Source of the DNA: Chiloscyllium plagiosum
Lineage: Eukaryota
DNA length: 64,000 nt
Direction: 5' to 3'
Assembly: GCF_004010195.1 (NCBI RefSeq)
Contig: NC_057730.1
Location: 8,572,574 to 8,636,573, forward strand
Positions 38,906-50,473 of the stretch are shown here, in pieces. A program made the translations under genes and the position numbers. Each line of letters begins with the position of its first letter. Position 1 is the stretch's first letter. The notes under the pieces are model-generated. The model was not told where the DNA came from and ran no database searches. It was given only the letters and a program-made list of their open reading frames with translations.

Positions 38906-39094
38906 AGTTTACTTTAACTCCATGGTCCTGTTCACTGAATCCCAACCAAGGCTGGGAATAAGCCTGTAAGGAGAGAATGGTCCTTTCCCGGTCCCAATCT
39001 TCCCTGATTTCCATGGGAATACTACTCCTGATACTTTGGGCCCAACAATATCCTTGTACATGCTGCAGAGAATGGGATTTACCCTGTTGCCTTT

Positions 39095-40210
39095 CAGGAC
39101 GCCTGACATCAGTAATGGGAAATTTGTTACAATCAGTTGTAGAGGATGCGATTAATGTATATTTGGATAATAATGACCTGATTGGGTCAAATCAGCATGT
39201 ATTTGCAAATGGTAAATCGTGTTCGACGAACTTGGCGTTTTTTGAGGTTGTCTCTGACAAAGTTGATAATACGGCGCTGGTGGACATAATAAACTTGGTT
39301 TATCAGAAGTCTTATGATAAAAGCGCCCAGAGGAAGTTGCTTAACAAAATCAAAAGGCATGAGACAGTGGATAAAGAACCAGCATGGATTAAGGCTTGAC
39401 TATCAGACAGATTTTGGGGGTGCTGGTGTTGAACTGGGTTGGACACGGTCAAAAATCACACAACACCAGATTATAATCAAATCGGTTTATTTGAAAACAT
39501 GAACTTTCAGAGCGCTGCTCCTTCATCAGGTGCTCGAGACCTCACTAGAGACCACTTACAGACACTCATAATCCCCGCTCCCTGCCCAACGCAAACCCAA
39601 ACACGTACACATATAAGTTTGTGGAGTGAGTTTGTTCTTGCAGAATTACATTTTACTTTTTTTGAAAAGTGCCTGAATCCATGTAAGATTCTGTAAATCT
39701 GTTTTTTAGATTAGAATCAGTCTGAACATTGTGGCACAGTCTCACACAGTGCAGCTCACACCTTAAATACATTATCTGGGCCCACATGACACCAATTGTT
39801 AAAGATCACTTGAGAATGTAACTTTTAAAAAGGTTTTGCGATTTAAATATGAAAGAACTGAAACCAACATGTTCATTCTAAAAGATGAGAGACTTAACAA
39901 ACAATCCAGGTCTTTTTCAATATATACAATTTCAGTTACATCACACTGTAAACGTTTGCTATAAATTCTGTGCGTTACGATCTTATACTCCACTCCTGAT
40001 GAAGGAGCAGCGCTCCAGAAGCTAATGTTTTCAAATAAACCCGTTGGACTATAACTTTGTGTTGTGTGATGTTTGACCTTATCAGACAGAAAATAGTTGG
40101 AGCACTGGTATGACCGGAGAACAGTCATTCTCCATTTGGCAGACTGCAACTAGTGGGGTACTGGAAGGATAATTCTCCAGCCCCAAGCACTCACAATATA
40201 TAACAATGAT
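39095..40210 (+). mobile_element. Degenerate CR1 RT fragment interrupted by a PLE insertion
   Basis: LTSVMGNLLQSVV...NQHVFANGKSCSTNL...; continues at 40090 with WQTATSGVLEG. Confidence 0.75.
39412..40079 (+). mobile_element. PLE-derived element (family B) with inverted termini
   Basis: 11-bp TSD tatcagacaga at 39401-39411 and 40080-40090. ctgatgaaggagcagcgctc cores near 39530 (-) and 39996 (+). Confidence 0.8.
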
Positions 40211-40529
40211 TGTATATGGGGACTTGTGGTGCAACAGTAGTGTGCCTACCCCCTGGACCCGGAGGCATAAGTTCACGTTCAACCTGCTCCAAACGTTTGT
40301 ATGAGGGGACTAGGACTCTGGTAGCATAGTGTTTGTATCCCTCGCTCTGAGACAGTAGGCCAGGGTTTAAGTCCCACCTGCTCCAGAGATGTGTTATAAC
40401 ATCTCTGAGCAGGTTGATTAGGAAAATATGTGAATGTGGAGACTAAGTGTATCATTTCCAAGTTCCTGATGACATAGGTAGTGAGGTGTGCTGCATTAAG
40501 CATTTAAGAAGCTCAGTAACTAGTGAAGA

Positions 40530-40900
40530 ACATAGAGTTATGGAATTACCTAGTACTGAAACAGACTCTTCAGTCCAATTTTTCCATGTTGAACAGACAT
40601 TCCAATCTGATCTAGCCCCCATTTGCCAGCATTTGCTTCATATCCCTCTAAACCCTTCCCATTCATGTACCTGTCCAGATGCCTTTTAAATGTTGTAATT
40701 GTACCAGCCTCCACCACTTCCTCTGGCAGCTCATTCCATACACGCACCACCGTTTGCATTAAAACGTTGCCCCTCAGGTCCTTTATAGATCTTTCCCCCC
40801 TTACCTTAAACCTATGTCGTCTAATTTTAGACTCCCTCTCCTAGGAAAAACACCTAGGATGTTAACTTTATTCATGCCCGGCATGATTTTATAAACATGG
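40530..40900 (-). mobile_element. CR1 LINE 3' fragment
   Basis: VRVWNELPEEVVEAGTITTFKRHLDRYM. Confidence 0.85.
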
Positions 40901-40904
40901 CAAA

Positions 40905-41250
40905 CAGAAAGGACCTGAAGACTAATATGTAGGCAAATAGGAAGGCTAATGGGATGTTAGCCTTTGTCACAAGAGATTTGTGTACAGGATTAATGAATTC
41001 TTGCTTCAATTGTATAGAACTTTGGTTAGATAACGCCAGGAGTTTAGTGTGCTTAGGAAGATTATTTAGAGGCCGTGCAACAAAGGTTTACTAAACTGGC
41101 TCCTGGTATGGTGGGACTACCCAAGAAGAGAGATTTGGAAAACTGGGCCAGTATTCTTGAGTATCTTGAAGACTGAGATGTGATTTTATTGAAACCTACA
41201 AAATACTTAAAGGAGTTGACAGAGTAAGTGCAGGGAAGATGTTACTTCTA
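40905..41250 (+). mobile_element. Older CR1 fragment
   Basis: Degenerate KANGMLAFV...LYRTLVR...DFIETYKILKGVDRV. Confidence 0.6.
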
Positions 41251-41334
41251 TTTGTGCTCCCTCACTCCACTGTCAGAATTTTCAGTATGGATTTTGTGCT
41301 CAAGTCACTGGAATGGGATTTAAACTTACTAGCT

Positions 41335-41791
41335 CAAAGTTTGTGAGAAGATTTGTAGCTCGGGTGCTCGTTGCTGTGGTTCTGTTCGCCGAGCTGGAAG
41401 TTTTTGTTGCAAACGTTTCGTCCCCTGTCTAGGTGACATCCTCAGTGCTTGGGAGCCTCCTGTGAAGCGCTTCTGTGGTGTTTCCTCCAGCATTTATAGT
41501 GGCCTGTCCCTGCCACTTCCGGTTGTCAGTTTCAGCTGTCCGCTGTAATGGCCTCTTCCTGTTTGTCCTATGTAGTGTTTTGTGCAGTCCTTGCATGTGA
41601 TTTTGTACACTACATTAGTTTTGCTCATGCTGGGTATCAGGTCCTTCGTTCTGGTGAGTTGTTGTCTGAGTGTGGCTGTTGGTTTGTGTGCTGTTATAAG
41701 TCCTAGTGGTCGCAGTAGTCTGCCTGTCAGTTCAGAGATGTTCTTGATGTATGGTAGTGTGGCTAGTCCTTTGGGTTGCGGCATGTCATCG
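41335..41791 (-). mobile_element. Penelope-like element 3' fragment (family C) with GIY-YIG start
   Basis: LPYIKNISE...TNVVYKITCKDCTKHYIGQTGR. 10-bp TSD cttactagct at 41325-41334 and 41792-41801. Confidence 0.88.
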
Positions 41792-43429
41792 CTTACTAGC
41801 TGCCAACATAGAGCATAGTGATTACAGCTGACAATATTAAGGTCACAACATTTCCCATCATCTGAACTGTATCATGGGGCATTGAAGTAAATAGGAGTTG
41901 ATTGAGTAGGTGTTAAGGATTCTTCTCGGTGGAAGAGATATAGCAAGGGAGAGATCCCATCAATGTATCCACCAAACTGATAAACTTAGCATCAGTGATA
42001 GAATCGAGGGAGTGGACAATGAGGAGGAGGCTAGTGTTGTAGACCAGATATTCAAAGTGTGAATATAAGTTCAGAAGATTTTGCAGAGTGTACAACGAAT
42101 CCATGGAGGATGTGGATTAACCTAAGCATTTTGAAAGTCAAATGGTGAACCAGTGGAAGTTGATGAGGAGAGTGGATGATTAATAAGTCGACCTTAGAAT
42201 GAAACTGAGTGAAGGAAACAAACTCTAGGTGAACCGCAACCCTTACTCAGTAATAATTTTATTGAATCATGGAGCAGGTTTACAGGAATAAAAGGGCTAC
42301 TTGTTGCTTATGTTTCCTATGGAAATCATATTAGAGTTCAAAAGTACACTTATGAGCACTGTGGGGAAGCCAGATATACAGATGAAGAAGTCGTAGATGA
42401 TTATTTCAGCAGTAGCTGGGGTGATGTAGAAAAGGAAATGATTGACACTTTTTGTGTAATCTTGAAGAACTGAGTTTGAAGAACTGAGTGGCCCTTTTTA
42501 TATTGATTTACCATTTACATTGTTCTCGTGATCTATTTGTCTATTTTTGCTTTACAAAATAGACACATCTTCTCCAGGGTCAGTTTTCTAAGTGTACTCT
42601 CTGAATATGAAATCCTACCTGTCAGAAGCACACATCTCGCAATGGAACATGTGCTCACCGTCATCTTCCATCTACAAATTGAAATGCACTGAACAGCATG
42701 TGAGGTAAGAATCAACATTTCTATTTCACTTCAATGACACCCCAAAGCATTTTAACACCAACTAAATTTTTTGAAGTCTGAACATTTTTGTAACATAGCA
42801 AAACACAATTTCTTGATGTACACTCATAGTTGAGGAGGTGACACGAAGTTCACATTCATGTAGTGCAATCTTCTTTTTTGTTGAATATAGAAATGTCATT
42901 CTTCATATTTCCCCCAAGTTATATTTGAAATGACAGCTTATTATCTCACTGGAGTAGTTTATGCAATGAAGGTCACCTCCTGATAGCCATGAGTGACTTA
43001 CATTGAAACCCTGGAAGGCTGATCAGTTGGAGGAGTTTGCATTTTAGAACATGCACCATGTACTGTTCCTTGAAAATATTTCAATAGCTTAGCTTCAAAT
43101 GAAACCTCAACCTAAATGTTTCTTACTAATCAATGCTTCATCATTATATCCTAGCTGATTTGTACATTATCCACGCACATTTTAATGATGCTATATTTTA
43201 ATTCTGAAAAGTGACACCTTTTAAATTAATCAGCAACCAGCATATGCTCTAACAAAGAGTAATCCTTCTTTTGGTTTTAGATGTATTCAGTCAAAAGTAC
43301 TGATTTCACTGCTTATAAGTCAATTTTCTACTCAGCTTGACCTAATATTTCAGTTCAATTTTAGCTTTTTGGAACATTCGAATTTTCTATTTCTATGCAT
43401 GAACTTGTCTATGTTTTTGCGAACAGTAG

Positions 43430-43885
43430 CACCCCTACAGTGAGCAAACAGGTCATCCAGGCCATCGAGTCTTCCCTCCCAAGATAATCCCACCCAGACT
43501 CACCCCACTATCCCTGTAACGCTGCATTTCTCATGCTGAATCCACTTAGTCTGATTTGGAGGTGTCGGTGTTGGATGGGTGTTAAAAGTTAAAAATCACA
43601 CAACACCAAGTTATAGTCCAACAGGTTTATTTGGAAGCACTAGCTTTCGGAGTGTTGCCAATCACCTGATGAAGGAGCAGCGCTTCGAAAGCTAGTGCTT
43701 CCAAATAAACCTGTTGGTCTATCACCTCTGCACACCACTGGACACTATGGGGCAATTTAGAATTGTCAGTCCATCTGAGCTACACATCTTTGAAACCCAC
43801 GCAGACACGGGGAGAATGTGCAAACTCCACACAGACACCTGAGGGGTGGGAATTTAATCCCCCTTTGTGAGGCAGCAACCGTGCC
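43430..43885 (-). mobile_element. HE1-type SINE interrupted by a PLE hairpin
   Basis: SINE body acccacgcagacacggggagaatgtgcaaactccacacagac on the right and tail on the left, split at 43552-43722. Confidence 0.7.
43552..43722. mobile_element. Palindromic PLE-derived mini-element (family B)
   Basis: Arms at 43613-43649 and 43686-43722; intact hammerhead-like core at 43663-43697. Confidence 0.8.
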
Positions 43886-44029
43886 GACCAGGAACAATAA
43901 AATATTAGTTGTCATTTATCAAGGCTGAGAACTTATTAAGGATCTTCGGGGGCTTGGGGGGGTCAATAATCACTGGTCCTTTGCGGAATATTTGACAATC
44001 CAGGAATGAATGAAAATAACGTCTGCCCC

Positions 44030-44115
44030 AAAACTACAGCCTGCCTACAATTCCCGGCAGGCATTGCGGGCGGCCGCCTGCCGAAACGGAAGTACCTGTG
44101 CGTGTGACGTCTGTT
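44030..44115 (+). promoter_or_regulatory. Putative TSC2 CpG-island promoter
   Basis: ZNF143/SBS-type CTACAATTCCCGGCAGGCATTGCG 44045-44068 (second ACTACA at 44033), ETS/GABP CGGAAGT 44087-44093, CRE-like TGACGT 44105-44110. Confidence 0.7.
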
Positions 44116-44197
44116 CCTGGAAGGCTGGGCCTGTAGCGGGAGCCAGGAGCTGGTGCAATGGGTGATTGAGGCGGCCGAGCGCGGCTCAGACGGCACG
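44100..44197 (+). other. TSC2: Putative non-coding first exon of TSC2 (start approximate)
   Basis: Strong donor CACG|gtgagt at 44197/44198 just downstream of the promoter motifs. Mammalian TSC2 also has a non-coding exon 1. Confidence 0.6.
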
Positions 44198-45176
44198 GTG
44201 AGTGGCAACTGGCGATTAGGATTAATGGGGGAGGGACTGCATTCGGGCAGCCCGGGAGAGGCAGTGAGGCCGAGCCTGGATCCGCCAAAATGGGGGAGGC
44301 CGCTGCAGTAAACAGCTCCTGGCCACTGTGGGGGCGGGGCATGAGAAGGTAAGGGAGGGGGGCGTGAACCACTGGGGAGGAGGGTGTATGGGGGGGGGGG
44401 AGAGACACACCATGGTAGGGAGGGCACCCCCTGGGGTGGGGGGGCACCATGGTGGAGAGTTCCCCCGTGGAGAAAGGGAGAGGAGGGTCCTTCCATAGAG
44501 GAGATTAGGAGAGGGGCGACCCCCTCCCAATTGAGGAGAGGAGCAGGGCTACCCCCATGGAAGAAGAGGGGGAGGGGGAGGCGGTTGTGTGGTCTGATGT
44601 GGAGGGGGTTCCCATGGAGGGGAGGGATGTCACAGTGTCTGGATGGAGTGGAACAGGAAGGATAGTATAAACATGGGGGTGGGAGCAGTCATGCAAAAAC
44701 ATGGAGTGGGGAAGGGGTGAGGGCGGATTGTTTGCAAGTTTGGAGGGGGAGGGGGAATGGGAATCCATGGAGGAGGAAGGGAGGACGTATGTGAACCTAT
44801 AGGGCTGTGGCAAGGGATGTGCATAAACCCTTGGAGAAGTTCATGCTGGGGACAGAGAGGTGCTTAAACCCAGAAGAAGTTGCTCAGGAAATTGAACTTT
44901 CTTCTGGGTAAAGCCTCCTCTTGGAACCCCAAAGTCTCCAATTTAAATGGAGACTTTTGAAGGGTTCTCATGAAATTAAGTAATATGCTCAGGAAAAACC
45001 TGAACCATTTAAGGGCATAGTATAACTCCTGAGTATTTAACAGACTCCACACATACATCTCACACTTTGTACGGCACCCCTCTTCTGACGTTACCCTGAT
45101 GTTTGCTGCTCAATAAATGACAACCCTCCTCATGAGTGGCGAAACATAAACTGATCCCAGACCCACTGGAGCCACT

Positions 45177-45492
45177 GGGCAGCACGGTGGCACAGTGGTT
45201 AGCACTGTTGCCTCACAGCGCCAGAGACCCGGGTTCAATTCCCGACTCAGGCGACTGACTGTGTGGAGTTTGCACATTCTCCCCGTGTCTGCGTGGGTTT
45301 CCTCCGGGTGCTCCGGTTTCCTCCCACAGTCCAAAGATGTGCAGGTCAGGTGAATTGGCCATGCTAAATTGCCCGTAGTGTTAGGGAAGGGGTAAATGTA
45401 GGGGTATGGGTGGGTTGCGCTTCGGCGGGTCGGTGTGGACTTGTTGGGTCGAAGGGCCTGTTTCCACACTGTAAGTAATCTAATCTAATCTA
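45177..45492 (+). mobile_element. Full-length HE1-type tRNA-derived SINE
   Basis: A box tggcacagtgg, B box ggttcaattcc, central domain, CR1-like tail ending in (tctaa)n. CpGs are retained, so the copy is probably young. Confidence 0.9.
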
Positions 45493-45814
45493 ACCCACTC
45501 CCATGCTGCCAGGCTCCAAAAAACCCTACCTGCCAGATCTAACCCGAGACCTTTGCCTCCACTAGACTCAAACCCTGTAGACTTGATGCTACACTCCCAT
45601 ACCCCCTGCCCAACTTATTCTTCCACTGATCCTGACCTACCCAACAGGCTGCATCGCCTACCTTGCCAGCTAACACCTTATCTCCTTCACATTTGTCATC
45701 TTACCCTAGTTCCATATCCCGTCCCCAGCCGTCACTAATTTGAGAGACTGCCACTTCACAGAATCTGGCCCATTGTGTTGGTTGACTTTGTTTGCAAATA
45801 ATCATTGTTCTCTT

Positions 45815-46700
45815 ATAGAGTCATAGAGATGTACAGCATGGAAACAGACCCTTTGCTCCAACTCGTCCATGGTGACCAAATATCCTAATCTAATCTAGTC
45901 CCATTTGCCAGCACTTGGCCTATATCCCTCTAAAATCTTCCTATTTATTTATCCATTCAGATGCCTTTTAAATAATGTAATTGTACCAGCCTCCATCACT
46001 TCCTCTGACAGCTCATTCCATATGCGCACCACCCTCTGGGTGAAAATGTTGCCCCTTAGGTCTCTCTCAAATTTTTCTCCTCTCACCCCAAAAATCTGCC
46101 CTCTAGTTCTGGACTCTTTTCCCCCCCCCCCAAGGGAAAAGACCTAATTTATTTATCGTATCCGTGCCCCTCATGATTTTATAAACCTCTATAAGGTCAC
46201 CCCTCAGCCTCCGACACTCCAGGGAAAACAGCCCTAGCCTATTCAGCTTATCCCTGTAGCTCAAATCATCCAACTCTGGCAACATCCTTGTAAATCTTTT
46301 CTGAACCCTTTCAAGTTTTAACATCATCCGACTGATAGGAGGGTGATCAGAGTTGTACACAATATTCCAAAAGTGGCCTAACCAATGTTCTGTACAGCAG
46401 CAACATAACCTCCCAAGTCCAACAAAGAAAAGCATATCAAATGCCACCTTCAGTATCCTACATACCTGCGACTCAACTCTCAAGGAACTATGAACCAGTG
46501 CTCCAAGGTCTCTTTGTTCAGCAACTTCCCTAGGACCTTCCCATTAAGTCTATAAGAACTGCTCTTATTTGCTTTTCCAAAATGTAGCACCTCACATTTA
46601 TCTAAATTAAACTCCATCTGCCACTCCTTAGCCCATTGGCCCATCTGATCAAGATCAGTTGTACTCTGAGGTAATCTTCATCACTGTCCACTACACCTCC
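45815..46700 (-). mobile_element. CR1 LINE 3' portion
   Basis: KLERVQKRFTRMLPELDDLSYRDKLNRLGLFSLECRRLRGDLIEVYKIM. Confidence 0.9.
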
Positions 46701-47124
46701 TTTTAATGAACCTTGCTCGTTTTAATGCAAGTCATGTTGTTCGTTTGTGTCTTTGACGGTAGCAGTTATTATTTTAGATCTTGCATTGAGCATTTAGCCA
46801 GTGCTAAGGTATGTATCTTTTATATGCCAGAGATCAGTTTGTTATCGGAAAAGGTGATAGATTTAGACTTTGAGTCACAAGTACCAAGTTTTTCACACCA
46901 TTTCATTCAGTGGGTTTTGGCTTTACTGAAAATTTTCCCTGCCCTGCAGTGTCCTGATGTGTTTGTGCAACAGTACTTTTCACATAAACAGACTGCTGCA
47001 GTTAATATACATGGTTTCTAGCAATTATTTAATGATCTCCTTTTGCGTTGGGATTTGGTGTCTTTTGCATCCTTGAAGTGCTTTGGGTATTTTATTACAT
47101 TTAAAGGCTTTAGGCTTGAAGCAT

Positions 47125-48365
47125 TATAGAGTCATAGAGATGTTCAGCACGGAAACAGACCCTTCGGTCCAACCTATCCATGCCAACCAGATATCCCAAC
47201 CCAATCTAGTCCCACCTGCCAGCACCCGGCCCATATCCCTCCAAACCCTTCCTCTTCATATAACCATCCAAATGCCTCATAAATGTTGCAATTGTATCAG
47301 CCTCCACCACTTCCTCTGGCAGCTCATTCCATACACGTACCACACTCTGCGTGAAAATGTTGCCCCTTAGATCTCTTTTATATCTTTCCCCTCCCACCCT
47401 AAACCTATGCCCTCTAGTTCTGGACTCCCTGACCCCAGGGGAAAGACTTTGCCTATTTATCCTATCCATGCCCTCATAATTTTGTAAACTTCTATAAGGT
47501 CACCCCTCAGCCTCCAATGCTTTGGGGAAAACGGCCCCAGCCTATTCAGCCTCTCTCTAAAGCTCAGATCCTCCAACCCTGGCAACATCCTTGTAAGTCT
47601 TTTCTGAACCCTTTCAAGTTTCACAACATCTTTCCGATAGGAGGGAGACCAGAATTACACGCAATATTCCAACAGTGGCNNNNNNNNNNNNNNNNNNNNN
47701 NNNNNNNNNNNNNNNNNNNNNNNNNNNNNNNNNNNNNNNNNNNNNNNNNNNNNNNNNNNNNNNNNNNNNNNNNNNNNNNNNNNNNNNNNNNNNNNNNNNN
47801 NNNNNNNNNNNNNNNNNNNNNNNNNNNNNNNNNNNNNNNNNNNNNNNNNNNNNNNNNNNNNNNNNNNNNNNNNNNNNNNNNNNNNNNNNNNNNNNNNNNN
47901 NNNNNNNNNNNNNNNNNNNNNNNNNNNNNNNNNNNNNNNNNNNNNNNNNNNNNNNNNNNNNNNNNNNNNNNNNNNNACTGAAGTCCATATAGATCACATC
48001 AACTGCTCTGCCCTCATCAATCCTCTTTGTTACTACTTCAAAAAACTCAATCAAGTTTGTGAGACATGATTTCTCATGCACAAAGCCATGTTGACTATCC
48101 CTAATCAGTCCTTGCCTTTCCAAATAAATGTACATCCTGTCCCTCAGGATTCCCTCCAACAACTTGCACACTACCAAGTTCAGGCTCAACGGTCTATAGT
48201 TTCCTGGCTTGTCTTTACAGCCCTCCTTAAACAGTGGCACCACGTTTGCCAACCTCCAGTCTTCGGGCACCTCACCTGTGACTATCGATGATACAAATAT
48301 CTAAGCAAGAGGCTCAGCAGTCACTTCTCTGACTTCCCACAGAGTTCCCGGGTACACGTGATCAG
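47125..48365 (-). mobile_element. CR1 LINE RT plus 3' end spanning an assembly gap
   Basis: PEDWRLANVVPLFKEGCKDKPGNYRP...SQHGFVHEKSCLTNLIEFF...VDVIYMDFS. Confidence 0.9.
47680..47976. other. Assembly gap (297 N)
   Basis: Run of N. Confidence 0.99.
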
Positions 48366-50473
48366 GTGTATTAGCTTGCTCTTTCTCTGTGGATGCTGTC
48401 TGAGTCGCTGTGATCTCCAGCATTTGTTGTTTTCAGTACAGATTCCCGCATTTGCAGTTTTTTGCTCCGTATTGTCTTCTGTGCTTGTTTTTAAATCTGC
48501 TGTTATTCTGTGATGAAAGGTGACTTGTGGTTATTCCGATCTGGGTGCTATTATGTGTGTTGATTGTCAGTGAGGTCCCGAGAGTAGTTTGAAGGGACAG
48601 CAACCCTGTGTGGTATTTTTAGCAGCTACTTCAGTGACAGCTGCTGGTATAAATTAATATTTTTGTAGGAGAACTTGGCAGAGCCTTGATATGGCTGCTA
48701 GTTTGTTGTTCGAATCTATGTGTTCCTCAAACTCTGGGTGTCATATTGAAATCTCACCTCCTACCAATTGAATGAGTCCTACTGATGGAAGCTTGCCTTT
48801 TGAACTTGAGTAGAGCCGTCTTTGGGTGCTGTTGAATTGGTGTAAAAGAGTGAGGTATTAGCGCATGAAGTAGTTACAGGTGCAACCTGCATCTAAAACT
48901 CTTCTATCTTTTGAGAGACTCGACTTGCCTGTGTTTGGTGTCATATAATCACTTTGGACTGAAGCATTGTGGCAATTTCTTTTTCTTGTTCATGAGAACT
49001 GCACGTCACTGGCAAGGCTAATATTTACTGCTCATCCTTAATTGGCCAGAGAGCGCTTAAAAGTCAACCACATTGCTGTGGTTCCAGAGTCACATGTAGA
49101 CCAGACTAGATAAAGATTGCCAGTTTCCTTGCTTAAAAGGATATAAGTGAACAAGATGTGTTTTTTTTTTACAACAATCAGTACTGGCTACATGGTCACC
49201 ATTAGTTTACCTTGCTATTAATATTCTAGATCTTGGTTGAATTCACATTCCCCCCTCAAGCACAATATGGTTCAACCTCATGTTGTCAGTACATTAACCT
49301 GAGGTTGTGGATTACGAACCTAGAGACATTAGCACTATGCCACTACCTCCCCAATTTATTTACAGTAAGTACAAATCTGTCATCTAAGTCTAGACTGCAA
49401 ATTGCATCCAGCTGTCCAATTGGGGGAGTTGTATGGGATAATATTGGGGCTTGATGATTTGCCAGTCATGATAGTGGATGGAGAAATCTGCAGCAAATAT
49501 ATTTTGCACATTATATAGGCCAATATTTCGGTGTGATTTCTGTTTTCTTTAGCATTTTGGAAACTGATCTGCAAACTAAATTTTGTGCCAGTTCTCAACT
49601 GAGTATACTTTCTGGGTAGCAGAACTGTCGGAATGCTTGAAGCTGGAAGAACAATTGGCATGTTACTGGAGATAAATGTTGCTTATTTTCGGACTGTAGC
49701 AGTGATGGAACTTACATTCACAGCCAGAATTGCTACTTACTCTGTGTGCCTAACCAAGGTCATTTGTGGAAGCGGTGGCTGTTGTCTCCCAAACTCAAGT
49801 GACTAATGGGAACCACAAGTGCTGAATGTCTCTGACATATTTGACTGAGCTTGGAGTTGTTTGTGTACTGGAGTGTTGTGTTGACAGTTGAATTAATGAG
49901 CTTGTTGATAGAATCTTCTGTTGCACTTCTTCAATGCACAGTATGTTGTGGCTTCCCTGAAATTTCGGAACATGGTTATTCTTGTCTGAAACTGACAAGA
50001 TACATCATTGGCTGTACTCCATGTCAAACATCCTCCGTGCTACCTGAAGAAGAAAGTAATATAGTAACAGATGCCTTGTAACTGATTTGAGTAGGAGACA
50101 GCCCTTTCAGTCCTTGTATTTTTCCTGTTAATACCAATTTATACCATAATTCGATCTCTCTCTTTGACTTATTGCATTGCGTTGTGTTGCAGATGATGGG
50201 CTATTATTTGTATTTGGCTTGTGCATTCTGGAACTTTTAAGTTAAACAAGCCTGACTTGAATTTTCCATCCATATTGCTTTGTCATAAGGAAGTTGAGTG
50301 TTTGACTTAATTTTGTCTCTTTGGCATGAAAATATAAATTTGCAAAAGCAGAACTGACTGAGGCGTTTGAGCAATAGATGTGGTGATACTGAGTATATGT
50401 CACACATAGCAGTAAGTGGCCTTTGCATGAAGGTGATGTGGGTTTGTAGCCTTGGCTTGATATTAGGTAGTTG

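Noticed and set aside
43963-44824. Several Pro/Gly-rich ORFs up to 177 aa
   Set aside because: By-product of a GC-rich, G-skewed CpG island and low-complexity tract; no recognisable domain or splice structure.
45177-45250. tRNA-like sequence
   Set aside because: It is the head of a SINE, continuing into SINE body and tail, not a stand-alone tRNA gene.
47517-47992. Long ORFs containing X
   Set aside because: Artefact of the 297-N assembly gap.
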